Assembly: GCF_040938485.1 (NCBI RefSeq)
Contig: NW_027271855.1
Location: forward strand, 1,054,001-1,118,000
Length of the DNA stretch: 64,000 bases
Origin: Diadema antillarum
Lineage: Eukaryota
Reading direction: 5' to 3'
Below, in pieces: positions 38,482 to 50,132 of the stretch; positions within the stretch are counted from its first letter, which is position 1, and every line of letters starts with the position of its first letter. Below the pieces are notes generated by a model. That model saw only the letters and a list, made by a program, of their open reading frames with translations. It had not been told where the DNA came from and did no database searches. Made by a program: the position numbers and the translations under genes.

Positions 38482-40817
38482 TTAGGTGATCCGAGTATCC
38501 TCTCGGATCACCTTCTGTTTTTGTACGGATTCTTTCTTCTTCTTCTTCTTTTTCTTCTTATTTCTCCCCAAAAGTTGTGCATCGATTAGCTCAGAAAGTC
38601 CTCTTCCTATCAATTTCAAACTTATACCATATATGTATCGTCTCCCAAAGACGGCAATCGAACTAAAATCAAAGTGATCAGTCGACCGTGACGTCACTAT
38701 GACGTCATTATATGAAAACACATTCTCAATCATATCTCATTAATGGAATGGAATTTTTCAATGAAATTTACGTCACATATATTTCAAGTCAAGCGCATTC
38801 TACTCATATTCTCAAAATTCATCTATATCTTAAAACGTGCGCGTACGCGCGCGTTGAAATATTTGTATGCTCAAATCGAGCTCAAATTTTTTTTGCACAC
38901 GTTTCAGACCATTTAGAGCATTTTTTGAAAAATTGAAAAAATTTTACGGACGCGTACGCGCGCGCGCATATACGCACGCACAGCTCATATGCAATAGAAA
39001 TTTCCCGTTTTTTCACACTTATCGCCTGCCTGAAATGTCAGGGAATATGTCTACCAAGTTTCAAGTCAATCCGACTCAATATGACGTCATACGGGCCCGT
39101 CAAAGTTGAAATTCCGCGCGCGCGTCAATGGCGATATACAGTGCAACAATGGCAAAAAACTGCCAATTTTAAATCCGATTTTACTCGTCAAGATGGACGA
39201 TGACCCCCCATTTTCTTTACATATTCTGAAAGCTGATGAGTCTTACATATTATTTCATGGGTTGGCGATGCTGGAAAAATGATTAAAAGATATCAAATTT
39301 CTTGATAAAATAAAAAGAGTAAATTTTCAAAATGACGTCATCAAATTACAAGTTCACTCGAGCGTATCTCACTTATCCTTTGCCAATTTTTACCCAGATT
39401 TCAGTATGTTGTAGCTTACTAAATGTTCTTTCATTAATATAATTACAACATTTTGATTAGATGACGGCATCACCTCATAATATTGGATTAAATGTAATCT
39501 TGTCAAATATGACCAGTTTACGTGTTATCTTAATGGGAGTGCAGTTTTTCTGGATGTGAAAATTGACATGACTATCTTTTTCGAGCACTAGCTCACCTAT
39601 GCTTCGGTGAATTTCTCTAAGATTTTAATATTTTGTAGCTGAGACTTTGGGCTATCGTACGTGTGCCCTTCATTTTTTCATACGTTGTCGGGATCACGTC
39701 CAAAAACTTGGTTGAAATCAAAGCCTATCTTCGATGTATTTTCATATTTCTTTCTTTTTCCAACTTTCTTTGCAATAACTCAAGAAAAACATACTCTATC
39801 ACTACCATATTTTGCACATGTTTAGTTCATGTCACATACATTATTTCATCAAATAACAACTACTTCATCAGATGCCATCTTCGGTATGTAAATTAGGGTC
39901 AAAGGTCATAAATGTTTCATCCTGTATCTTGGTGAATACATGTTCTGTCTTCCCCATATTTTGCACACGTAAAGACCGTGTTACAAGGATCATTTCACAA
40001 AATAACCACTTTTTGCTCAGATGCCATCTTGTCTGTGCAGATCGGGGTCAAAGGTCATATGCACTTCTTTCTCTATCTTCGTTATGACGTGTTATCTCTA
40101 TGGGAGGGAATTTTTCTAGATGTGAAAATTGACATGATTGTCTTTATCGAGCACTAGCTCACCTACCCTTCGGTGAATTTCTCCCAGATTTTAATATGTT
40201 GTAGCTGAGACTTTGCGCTATCGTACGTGTTCCCTTTGTTTTTCATATGGTGTCGGGATCACGTCCAAAAACGTGGTTGAAATTAAAGATTATCTTCGAT
40301 GTATTTTCATATTTCTTTCTTTGTCCAATTTTCTTTGTAATAACTCGAGAAAAATAGCCCCTATCAACCCCATATTTTGCACATGTTTAGTTGATGTTAC
40401 GTACATTATTTCATAAAATAACAACTACTTGATCAGACACCATCTTGGGTATGTAAACTAGGGTCAAAGGTCATAAATGTTTCATCCTGTATCTTGGTGA
40501 ATACATGTCTTATCTTTCCCATATTTTGCACACGCAAAGACCATGTTACAAGAATCATTTCACAAAATAACCACTTTTTTGCTCAGATGCCATCTTGGGG
40601 GTGCAAAGTGGGGTCAAAGGTCAAATATACTTCATTCTGCATCTTTGATAGTGTATACGAAATTCGGTACCCAAGATGGCAGGTCTGACTCCCTTTTCAA
40701 AATGAGAATCCAAACATCACACGACCAATGTCCCTAATCTCAGGTGAAAACTCGAATCATTGATTTAAAAAAAATCGGATCACCTAATTTGTCAGTCTTG
40801 ACAAATTCCGGGTCTGG
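38482..40817 (+). mobile_element. Helentron-associated non-autonomous element (HINE), 2.3 kb, with a 567-bp internal tandem duplication
   Basis: 5' subTIR TTAGGTGATCCGA with its inverted copy TCGGATCACCT, a (TTC)n tract, 3' subTIR TCGGATCACCTAA (40775-40787), stem-loop TTTGTCA-GTCT-TGACAAA, and poly-T on both sides. Duplicated units start at 39521 and 40088. Confidence 0.85.
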
Positions 40818-40917
40818 TTTTTTTTTTTGCTTGTCAGCCGATGAAACCAGAAAGTGGCACCAGAAATATTTTTTGTGCCCCCCCCCCCCTTTATGGAATT
40901 CCTGGATCCACCCCTGA
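40818..40917. mobile_element. Right part of a CAGGGG-type MITE split by the HINE (left part ~38420-38481)
   Basis: Ends CCTGGATCCACCCCTG. The poly-T run continues across the HINE, and GGGGGTGCTTGCGCCCCCC on the left mirrors TGTGCCCCCCC on the right. Confidence 0.5.
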
Positions 40918-43900
40918 AGATGACATACAGCAACGGATTTCAGAATGCAGACTAACCAATTTAAACATTAGGTACATCTACTGTAGAAGCTATTTTGTAG
41001 CCCTAATATATGTGTCCAGTTTCAATTTTGAAATCCCTCAAAATATATTTACTTTATCAAATAAAAGCTACCACTCTTCATTTTCAGTTGACTTTGAAAT
41101 GCTGAATTTGTATTTCTTATTAGTTCATCTGTTCCTTAACTTTTTGTCATATTAATCCACCAATCACATTATCCGCATATGAAAAATATTTTTTAATCTG
41201 CCTCTAACCACTTTTTTTTTTAAACTTGACACCTGTAAAGGAAAATAGCAGAGAAATCTTGTGATATATTGCCATGTTAAATCAACTTATCTCATACCTC
41301 ATGCAATAACACACTTGAGGCTCCCACTATCCAAGTCTCATAGTAACAGCATATTATATTTATTAAAACTATCACTGTTTCCATTGCTAATATGTGAACA
41401 AACATATTAACACAATAGTTCATCTATGATAGGTACAGTAGTCACATTTCATATCATTAACTTGAATATTGATGTCATACAAAACATAAATTTTCCTTGA
41501 TGACCATATTTTCAAAGATACATATTAATTTGGTCTTGGGCAGTTTTCAGGCAGTTGGAAACTCGGTGCAGATTATAATACCCATTGTGCCAACAAATGT
41601 GTGGGTAACTGGGGGAAGAAATGTAAATATTCAAATATTGTCTCCTTGTTTTATTCACACTTTACCTGTATGATATCAAAGTTAAAGACTTTGTAAAGGT
41701 TGTACTGTGGTTATTAGGAAGGCTGTTCTCAGAATTGTGTTTACAAATATTAACAAGCTGTTGTGTGCATATTGGGTCAACCTTCGGGCAATGTGTGGAT
41801 GGCCGGATTAGATAGCAATATCATAAAATCAAATTTCTGTTATGGTAGTGTAGCAAAAGCAAAAGCATAAATTTGCTAGACTGTTAGATTTCACACTGTG
41901 TGATGCTGCAGATTGCTTTCCATCATGAAGAATAATAATCAACATTTGTAGTTTACAGTGTTCATTAGTTCCTTGTCGGGCTTTTGATACAGCTAACCAG
42001 GGCCCATATCCTGAGATTACAATGACTGCTGTGCAGTGATTGTAGCTATACCAAAGCTACAGATGAACAACAGCCAAACAGTTTTTTCTGTGGTTGCTGC
42101 ATTTATTCCCGGTCTCTGGAAGAAATGGAAGCCTAGGAATCAGGATGATATCAAGTTACATCAACAGATACACAATTGTTTGCTTCTCTGTTACTAATTA
42201 TTTATTGCTTGGAACTTTTGAATAAAGAATGAATAGCACATTCTGCATGTTTAGTGATGCATATGTGTAAAGGGGCATTGTGTTGATTTTCTCCCTGGTA
42301 ATGTGTGGACTACATCCAAACACTGTGTTTTCTACAATCAAAACACAACGACATGTTGTAGCTGAGCTATGTTCGCATTGCTAAGCCTGTGACGCACGAG
42401 ATGTAAGTGATACTTGTTGCAGATATAAGATTCCCCGAGAAGGTCAACCATTAGAAAATTGGCATTCTCTTTAACCTTTCTTTCTCAGGTGTTTTGGGGC
42501 CAACATGCCATAGATACCAGTCAACCTCTTCACCCCATCTTGGTTGCTATGGTATACAGTGGTGTTACTACCCATCCACCTACTTACTAGTAGTCTATTA
42601 GCACAGACCCAGGGCAACTTCTTGCTGTTGCTGTATGTTCTGATACAATCCAGCATAGCCACAGTAGTGCCATGAACTAACAGGAGGTTTTGATAGGAAT
42701 GTGGTCCTTAGAGAGGAGTGGTACAAAATATAGGCGCAATATTTAGGGACGCAAAGATAGTTGTGCTCTTTATAGTGGGCAATGACATTGAGTATGTCTA
42801 GTGTTTGCTTTATTGGCATTTACGGTGGCATCATATTGCTGTGAATTCCAATAATAGATATTGAGATGAAATCAGTCAACATCGTGTATTGTTGCCATAA
42901 CAACTGCTACATCATCATTACAGTATACACTCACAAGTTTGCCCTTTGCAGCATTAATCTTCTTTTTAATTTCTGTATCTTCTAATGCAACACTTTTTAT
43001 TTCAGCTGCCTTCAGAAGTCATATTTCATGTTCTTTTTATATATCACATCAAAATTGTAGCTATAAATGCTGTATTGTTTTAAAAAGACATAATAACTAC
43101 TCAAGTTAAAAACAGACTTAGCAGAAGATAATGGTCTTCACTGATACGGTGCATTCCATTTATAGGAATACTTTATACAGAACATTACATCATTTGATTC
43201 ATAATATGTGATGGCGTCACATAATGTATAATGAGCGATATCACCACAATATTTATCTTTGTGCCACCTTACAGACAGTAATTTACTTTTGTAAGCTAGG
43301 TTGCTTTTATTCTATCCTCATTTGTAGATTATACATATCAATCAACTACATATGGCATCAAAACAACACATGCTAAATTTCTGTTGAAGTTGACTGTATC
43401 CATTTCCAGAGATGTGAATTGTACTATGTTGTCTGCAAATCCTAAAGTCATGCCATAACATTGAGTTGCAGACAGAATTTTGAAAAAGTCACAAAACATT
43501 AGTTTTGAAACACCTTTCATTATATTCTTTTGTCATATAACACACACATGCAAACATGCATGCAACATCATGCAGTGTATGTGGTATAGTCATTCAACAA
43601 AGGCTCTAAAGTGGATATTTTTGTGTTGAGTAATTTTTGCGCTCTGCCGAGTAAGATCAATTTAGAGGGTTTTAATTACGAGTATGTGGAATAACAACAT
43701 TACATAATGGTACATACAAAAAGCAAAAAAAAAAGAAAAAAGATGTGTGCTTTTATTTTCATGCTAGTTTTTGGTCACATGAAATTAGGGAAAATTTCCA
43801 CTTTGACAGTATGTAACAATAATTTTGTCAGATAAGCCACTTATTATGTTATATATATATTTGTGTCTCTAGGGGGAAAAAAAGATACTCATATTATACT

Positions 43901-44336
43901 AGCTCTCTGCTTGTAATGTTAAAGTTCATAATTTGTGGGTGTAAATGAACTTCGAAATCTTTTTGTTCTATATTTTGCTCAATTATCCACTTTTCAAAAT
44001 AAAATAAATTGCTTCAGTAGTCAGTAGCCTAAGCACAGAGCAACAGTCATTCCCAAGCAAAGCATTACCATTGATCATAAAACACATGTATTAATAGGTC
44101 TATTGTTTTTGGTGTATTTGTGTGTGTGTGTGTGGGGGGGGGGGGTCATTGTTGGCTACAGAGGGCCTATTTCTGCTTGAAATTACTCCCACTAGGCCTA
44201 ATATCATTGAAGCAGATGTACTGTATCTTGGTAATCAAGTTGAACTTTTTTGAGTTAGTGATGTGTTTTGATGTGTGAAACAATGATTTGCAAAGATTAT
44301 TAACTGAGAGCAAATGCTTTATATGACCAGATAATG

Positions 44337-44627
44337 TACTGTAAAACCAGAAATTTTTGCATGCATTTTAATTTCACAAATTTAATGAGAACCAAGACGC
44401 ACAAAATTAACATGTGCATGAAAGTTTTTGTCTACAATGAATGCATTGGATGCCAGTGGCAATTTGTGAAAATCTTTATGCCATGGAAAGGGCCATCTTC
44501 TCGAATTTGCAAAATTGAATGCATTGGATGCCAGTGGCAAGTTGTGAAAAGTTTATTCCACAAAATAAGCTGCCAGCTTCAGTTCATGAAAATTACATGC
44601 TGTGAATATTTCTCATTCTACAGTAAT
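44337..44627 (+). mobile_element. Tc1/mariner-like MITE family H, copy 3 with internal duplication
   Basis: TACTGTA…TACAGTA termini; duplicated TGAATGCATTGGATGCCAGTGGCAA segment. Confidence 0.65.
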
Positions 44628-44817
44628 TTACATGTGTGGTCAAAGTGCTTTGGAGACTTGTCGAGTGATGACATCCTCATTCCTCAATTTAGCACATATG
44701 TGCTGTTGCAGGTAATATCACTATTTTTGAAGGCATGTGATACTTTCAAATCCCATTATTATCCGTAGTTCTGACTCTCTCCAGATTTATTAGTGAAAAA
44801 CTGAGCAAAGAAAATGG

Positions 44818-44890
44818 GATTCGATCAGGATTTGAACCCAAGACCTCAAGATTACTAGACCAATACTCTACCGATTGGTTCTTGAAAGCT
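44818..44890 (-). pseudogene. Degenerate tRNA-like sequence (tRNA-derived SINE head or tRNA pseudogene)
   Basis: Minus strand …AACCAATCGGTAGAG (A-box-like)…GGTCTTGGGTTCAAATCC (B-box GGTTCRANTCC). The acceptor stem does not pair well. Confidence 0.5.
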
Positions 44891-45634
44891 CTAGTAGAGT
44901 GTTCGTCCCAGAAACCCTCAATTCTCAATGCCCATGTGGTTATCACACACACACACATTAGCCTGACAAAAACTGATTTATTACAAAATCATACCATGGT
45001 TTTCTAAGGCAATTGAACTTCTCAGCATGCAGATTATAATTTTTGGCAGAGATTCAAATTTCATTATTGGCATAATGCATGACTATCCTGTAACATGTAA
45101 GATGTGGTCATTCACCATTGATGTGACAAAAGAAAAATCTGAATGTAGATGAAATCTTCTTGTGGAGATGGTAGTCATTGGGGCCAAGTTTCTTTCTTTC
45201 TTTTTGTTTACCTTTGGCTATATGCAATTTCTCTCATTACAAAGTAATTTTTGAGCCACAATAGTAAATCCCCCCCCCCAAAAAAAAAACAACAACAACA
45301 ACAACAACACACACACACACACACAAAAAACAAAACAAAAACAGAGGGGTTTGGTGCAGTAAATTTGCCAATTAGATATGAATCAAGAATCATATTATAG
45401 CAAGCTGCAATGCACCAGACTTCTGACTTCTTGATGAATGAAAAAAACAAATTAATGTGTGAATTTATGGATATGACTATGATATCTGCTCAGCAAATAA
45501 CATGTGTACATATGCTTCTTGCCTGTATGATTATGTGTTTCCATGAGGTTGCTTGTATTGTATTGGTTTGTTTATATATAGGTCTATGTGTATTTATATA
45601 ATTTGTAAGATTGAGGACCTCATAAAATGCTGTT

Positions 45635-46137
45635 TTAACTCTTCATGTGCCACGTTCACACGTCCAACTCAGTTGACGGCGTGCCAACTTCGCATATTCT
45701 GCTCAAATGCACAAACCTGCCCAAACCGATGAATAAATAGGCAAATACCACAATACGATAAAAGAGTTTCTCGCGATTCCATTCCTGGCGTATGTAGCTT
45801 ACATGTTATGTGGTGAATGACTATCTAGCAGTGTGTCCTACTGGATTTGCAAGTAAATTCTAAGTTTCTGTTACTGTTTTGTGTGCAGAAGTCATGCCTT
45901 TACAATGATGTAGCTACTGGTCTCTTGAAAGAAAACCAATCATAGATTTGTCAAAAGAATTTACATCAAAACAATGCTTGGCCTTTTTTCTACATCTTTG
46001 CTCATTATATATGCCCAGGGTAACAACAGTCTATGAGAGTTACATATATTTGAAAAACAGAATGTTCTCCCAAAACGTTGCTATCTCTGAATAATGTCGC
46101 ACACAGGGGGTTTACACCATGGCACATAAAGAGTTAA
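45635..46137. mobile_element. piggyBac-like MITE (~495 bp)
   Basis: TTAA|CTCTTCATGTGCCA…TGGCACATAAAGAG|TTAA; 13/14 TIR match. Confidence 0.7.
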
Positions 46138-46898
46138 ACTACTGAGGATCACTCCTTTGTAATGTACAATATTACGTACACTCAGATGGTATACAAAAAT
46201 TTGTAGGACACTGCAGTGACAATTTGTGTCATCAGAAACATGATCTTATTCATTGATGTTGTACACTTGAAACAATTAAATTACAACATAAAAACTTGCT
46301 ATAGGTAGGGTATACCTTTGTATATTGCAAATTGTTCTATTGCAAATGTAATAGCCATTATGTAATGCCTTTACATAGGTATCACTCCATATACTTGTCT
46401 AGATGGAAAACTCATTTTCTACGATTTGGAACATGAAAAGAAACTGATATATTGGTATTGTTTTTGGTAATGTTACATTCACAAGTATTCTGGCTTAAAG
46501 CATTATTTCTCCCTGGTAGCTGAGCTAGTAATATAGGGATAATATGAAAACATCAGCACAGTGTAATCTGATGTGACTGTACCATCACAGTGCATGTGTT
46601 ATTGTGTTTGTGTGTGTTTTCCCAGTAAACTCTTGAACCCTCTCCAAACGAATGATATTACGAGCTGTGTTTCGTGTCAGAACAGCAGCCAGTCCTGGGA
46701 TGACTTGTGACAGAACCTGTATTTGTGTCTGCCTGCACTGACACCACTGCCCTGAGATTCACAGTAGAACTGGGGCTCCCTCTGCAATTAAAGCGTTGTG
46801 GTGGCCAGGTGAGGCCAGTAATTATCAGGCCGGGGTGCCGTGCATTTACAGTCACATCAGTAGCTCTTAAAGCGAAAAATCAACTACAATTCGTCGGG

Positions 46899-46972
46899 TG
46901 AGAATGAGAAGGGCGTTAAGTTGCCACTAAACCCATAGTGTTCAAGACAACTTAACGCCCTTCTCATTCTCA
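46899..46972. repeat. Perfect 25-bp inverted repeat with 24-nt loop
   Basis: TGAGAATGAGAAGGGCGTTAAGTTG … CAACTTAACGCCCTTCTCATTCTCA. Confidence 0.9.
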
Positions 46973-47003
46973 ACTGACAAATTTGACTTTATAGAGTAAA
47001 ATC

Positions 47004-47181
47004 CAGGGCTGCCAACTCTCACTCATTGAGAGTGAGACTCACTCGTTTTGGTCCTTTCTCACTCTAAAACTTTATTTCATTTGCATGCATTTCTATTGAT
47101 CTCTCTCATTTTGACTCCTAAATTATAGCATTGACCTATGGGAGTCTCACTCTCAACTAGTTTCCAGTGTTGGCAGCCCTG
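47004..47181. mobile_element. TIR MITE with apparent 6-bp TSD (AAAATC)
   Basis: AAAATC|CAGGGCTGCCAAC…GTTGGCAGCCCTG|AAAATC with a perfect 13-bp TIR. Confidence 0.75.
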
Positions 47182-47277
47182 AAAATCAAATGGACAAATC
47201 AGTGCAAGTTTCATTAACATTAGACAGAAAAATAAGAAAGTTAATGAAAGTAAAATTTTCATACATCTCCTCCATAT

Positions 47278-47458
47278 CAGGGCAATTACCCCCGGCTAAA
47301 CACTGATTAGTAATAAGTTTAGAGTAAAGATTAGGGTTAGGGTTAGGTATAGGGTGTAGAGTTTGGGTTAGGGTTAGGATTAGGTTCAGGATTAGGATTA
47401 GGGTTAGGGTCAGGGGAAGGGTACGGGGTAATTGCCCAGGGGGTAATTTCCCTAGACC
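47278..47458. mobile_element. Small TIR element containing degenerate (TTAGGG)n
   Basis: GGGCAATTACCCC / GGGGTAATTGCCC inverted ends around TTAGGG variants at 47331-47427. Confidence 0.6.
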
Positions 47459-47655
47459 CATCTCAAAACAGTCATTATATCACAGTCATATCACAGCAAA
47501 TAAAATTAGGTGATGATGTGAAGTTTTCCCTTTGCTTGCATAGACATCATTACTGTATTTACTTATTTTTACAGAAACATCTCCCTCACATCAAATTGTT
47601 CTCATTTGTTGCAATTACTATTAAGCATTGATGACTTGGTAAATTGGGGGGGGGG

Positions 47656-47832
47656 NNNNNNNNNNNNNNNNNNNNNNNNNNNNNNNNNNNNNNNNNNNNN
47701 NNNNNNNNNNNNNNNNNNNNNNNNNNNNNNNNNNNNNNNNNNNNNNNNNNNNNNNNNNNNNNNNNNNNNNNNNNNNNNNNNNNNNNNNNNNNNNNNNNNN
47801 NNNNNNNNNNNNNNNNNNNNNNNNNNNNNNNN
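47656..47832. other. Assembly gap (177 N), preceded by a poly-G run
   Basis: N run. Confidence 1.
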
Positions 47833-48105
47833 CACCTTATAGGATGGGCTGTGTGGCAGTCATCACTTTGAATAATGTATAAGATACTGTATATATGCCA
47901 TGTAGATACTGATATATATCTATATATATGTATATCAGTGCAAATTTTTTTGTTTACTGTAATTTTTCGCGAACCAGGACTTCCCAACAGTTTCACGAGT
48001 GTGTAAAATTGTGATTGTGTAGTATTATCACACACCTTGTTTGTGTACTGTTTACTGCGTATTAGTACCTGCATGCATTCACATCGCATTCATATTGGGG
48101 TCAGA

Positions 48106-48284
48106 TTTTATAGTTTCTTGTTTTCTTAAATTTGCAATGTGCAATTGACTTGAAATTTGCGAAATATTTGCTATATGGGCCCGGCGATGCATTTTATAGT
48201 TTCTTCTTTCTTGTTTTCTTAAATTTGCAATTTGCAACTGACTTGAAATTTGCAAAATATTTGCTATATAGGCCCGGCGATACG
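48106..48284 (+). repeat. ~90 bp tandem duplication (family H-like sequence)
   Basis: TTTTATAGTTTCTT…TTTGCTATAT(G/A)GGCCCGGCGAT occurs twice. Confidence 0.75.
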
Positions 48285-49829
48285 CTGCAATTAACTCACT
48301 GATGAGAGGCCAAAGCTTTTGAATTTGTCATGGTCATTGAAGCACTGTGCGGAGCGAAGGACAAAAGAATCTCGAAAGTTCACCTCCTTGTATCTCCCTT
48401 ATTTTACCACGAAATCCCTTGAAACTTATATCTAATATGGATATATCATCCTTCATATGATTTTTGGGCGAAAATGCTGATGTATCTTTTGAGATATGTG
48501 TATTTTTCTGTTTGAGTCGACCGTGGGAAAGGGTTACGATTTTTTCCCGACATAAGTCTGCGTCTGCATGAATATGCATTTGATTAACATATTGCTAGTC
48601 AGTATACACCAGACTCACTACCTGCGAAGTTTCGTGTTTGTGCAACTAGTAGTTAGGTGAAAATAAGAGCAAAAAGACAACCAAATTTAAGAGAAAATAC
48701 TGGACCTGCACAACTAGATCATCCTCCTGCGCATGCGTTCTCTACTGGTCAGTGCACGCTTAGCCAATCAGCGGTGTCAGGTTTGGCGCACGGCCACAGG
48801 GTTCGGTTTTCTGTCCACAGGGTGGTGAGTGGGCGAGAGATGAACCCTGCAATGTGCTTCAACTGTTTCATGCAGCACGAAAACCGATACATCGGACTGC
48901 GTACTGCTTACGCTATGGATTTTACGTGGGTCACAAGTGACAGTCACCTCGATTTTTTCCCAACATAACCGTGCGCCAAATGATACAGAAAAGATATTTG
49001 GAACACAGTATGGATATACTACCATAAGTCATATACCGAAGTTTCATTTTTGGGCAATGAAGGAAAATGTGAGAAAATAACACTTCTTTAGAGACCAAAT
49101 TTTCTGTTTTGGAAGCTAAGTTTCGATGTTATTTTCACAGGTTTATCCTCGATAAAACCAAAAATAACTAGCATTGTCAGTTAGATAATACAGGGCATTC
49201 AGATGCAAAAAAATTATACTTGAGTAAAGCTATACCAAAACGGTATAGCTATACGATGAATTTATACGTCTGAATGCTGACTAACAAAATGACGTGTAAC
49301 GAAACGACATATAGCGAAATGACGGTCAGAACATCTTTTCCAACTATAACTCGATAACAAATCAGCATTCCGTCGTGTCTGAACGTATGGCGACCATAGA
49401 ACGGTATAACTGGGCAGGGTTTAATGGGAGCAAGCACGTAAGGTGACCTTGTGCCTGTCACTCATGACCATATCAACATACACAGTGAGAAACTGCATAA
49501 CTATACGATGTTTTTCCGGAATGTTCGAAATTAGCGTCTGAACGGTTTGTCGCTATACGATGATTCTTTATACATCATTTCGTTATCAAGTTTTGGTATA
49601 AACTGGCTTGCGTCTGAACAGGGGGTCAGTTTCTCCTTCAATTTGCTGTATAGATTTAATCATTTGATGGCTTCTGAGGTGAGATATTGCGATTGTCCTG
49701 CAACACTTGAATTCCCCAGCGGTTTTGCGTACACAAGCTGTTTACTTTATGCAAATGAGGCTTCGAGGTCATATGCTTTTGGCGAGTTAATTGCACCATA
49801 TCGCCGCGCCTGTATATAAAGCAATAGAT

Positions 49830-50132
49830 AGCAACTTATGTCAGCACATTGTTTTTTAAGTGATCCACATTTTACAAGCTCTGCTTTTCTGAGACTCACT
49901 TTTTTCGTTATTATATTTACTTTTCTGTTGATCTTGCAAGTATGCATTGTTGATCGTATTGTGCGATTCATTTGTACATGCATTTTGTAATATATCCTAT
50001 GATTCACCTTGTACTGAACATATTTCTTACAAATTCTTAAAAACATGATTAGTGAAATGTGTGCTTAATATTATGATGTACCTTTTTGTTGGATGGAAAT
50101 GAATTATAATTGAATTGAACTGAACTGAATCA
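49830..50132 (+). mobile_element. Possible CR1/L2 LINE 3'UTR remnant with (AATTG/AACTG)n tail
   Basis: T-rich UTR-like sequence ending AATGAATTATAATTGAATTGAACTGAACTGAAT. Confidence 0.35.

Noticed and set aside
42465-42600. Strong-looking plus-strand splice acceptor (TTTAACCTTTCTTTCTCAG|G)
   Set aside because: The frame I translated after it closes within ~35 codons with no recognisable protein, and no partner exon was found.
44818-44890. Functional tRNA gene
   Set aside because: Acceptor and anticodon stems do not pair convincingly; kept only as a SINE or pseudogene relic.
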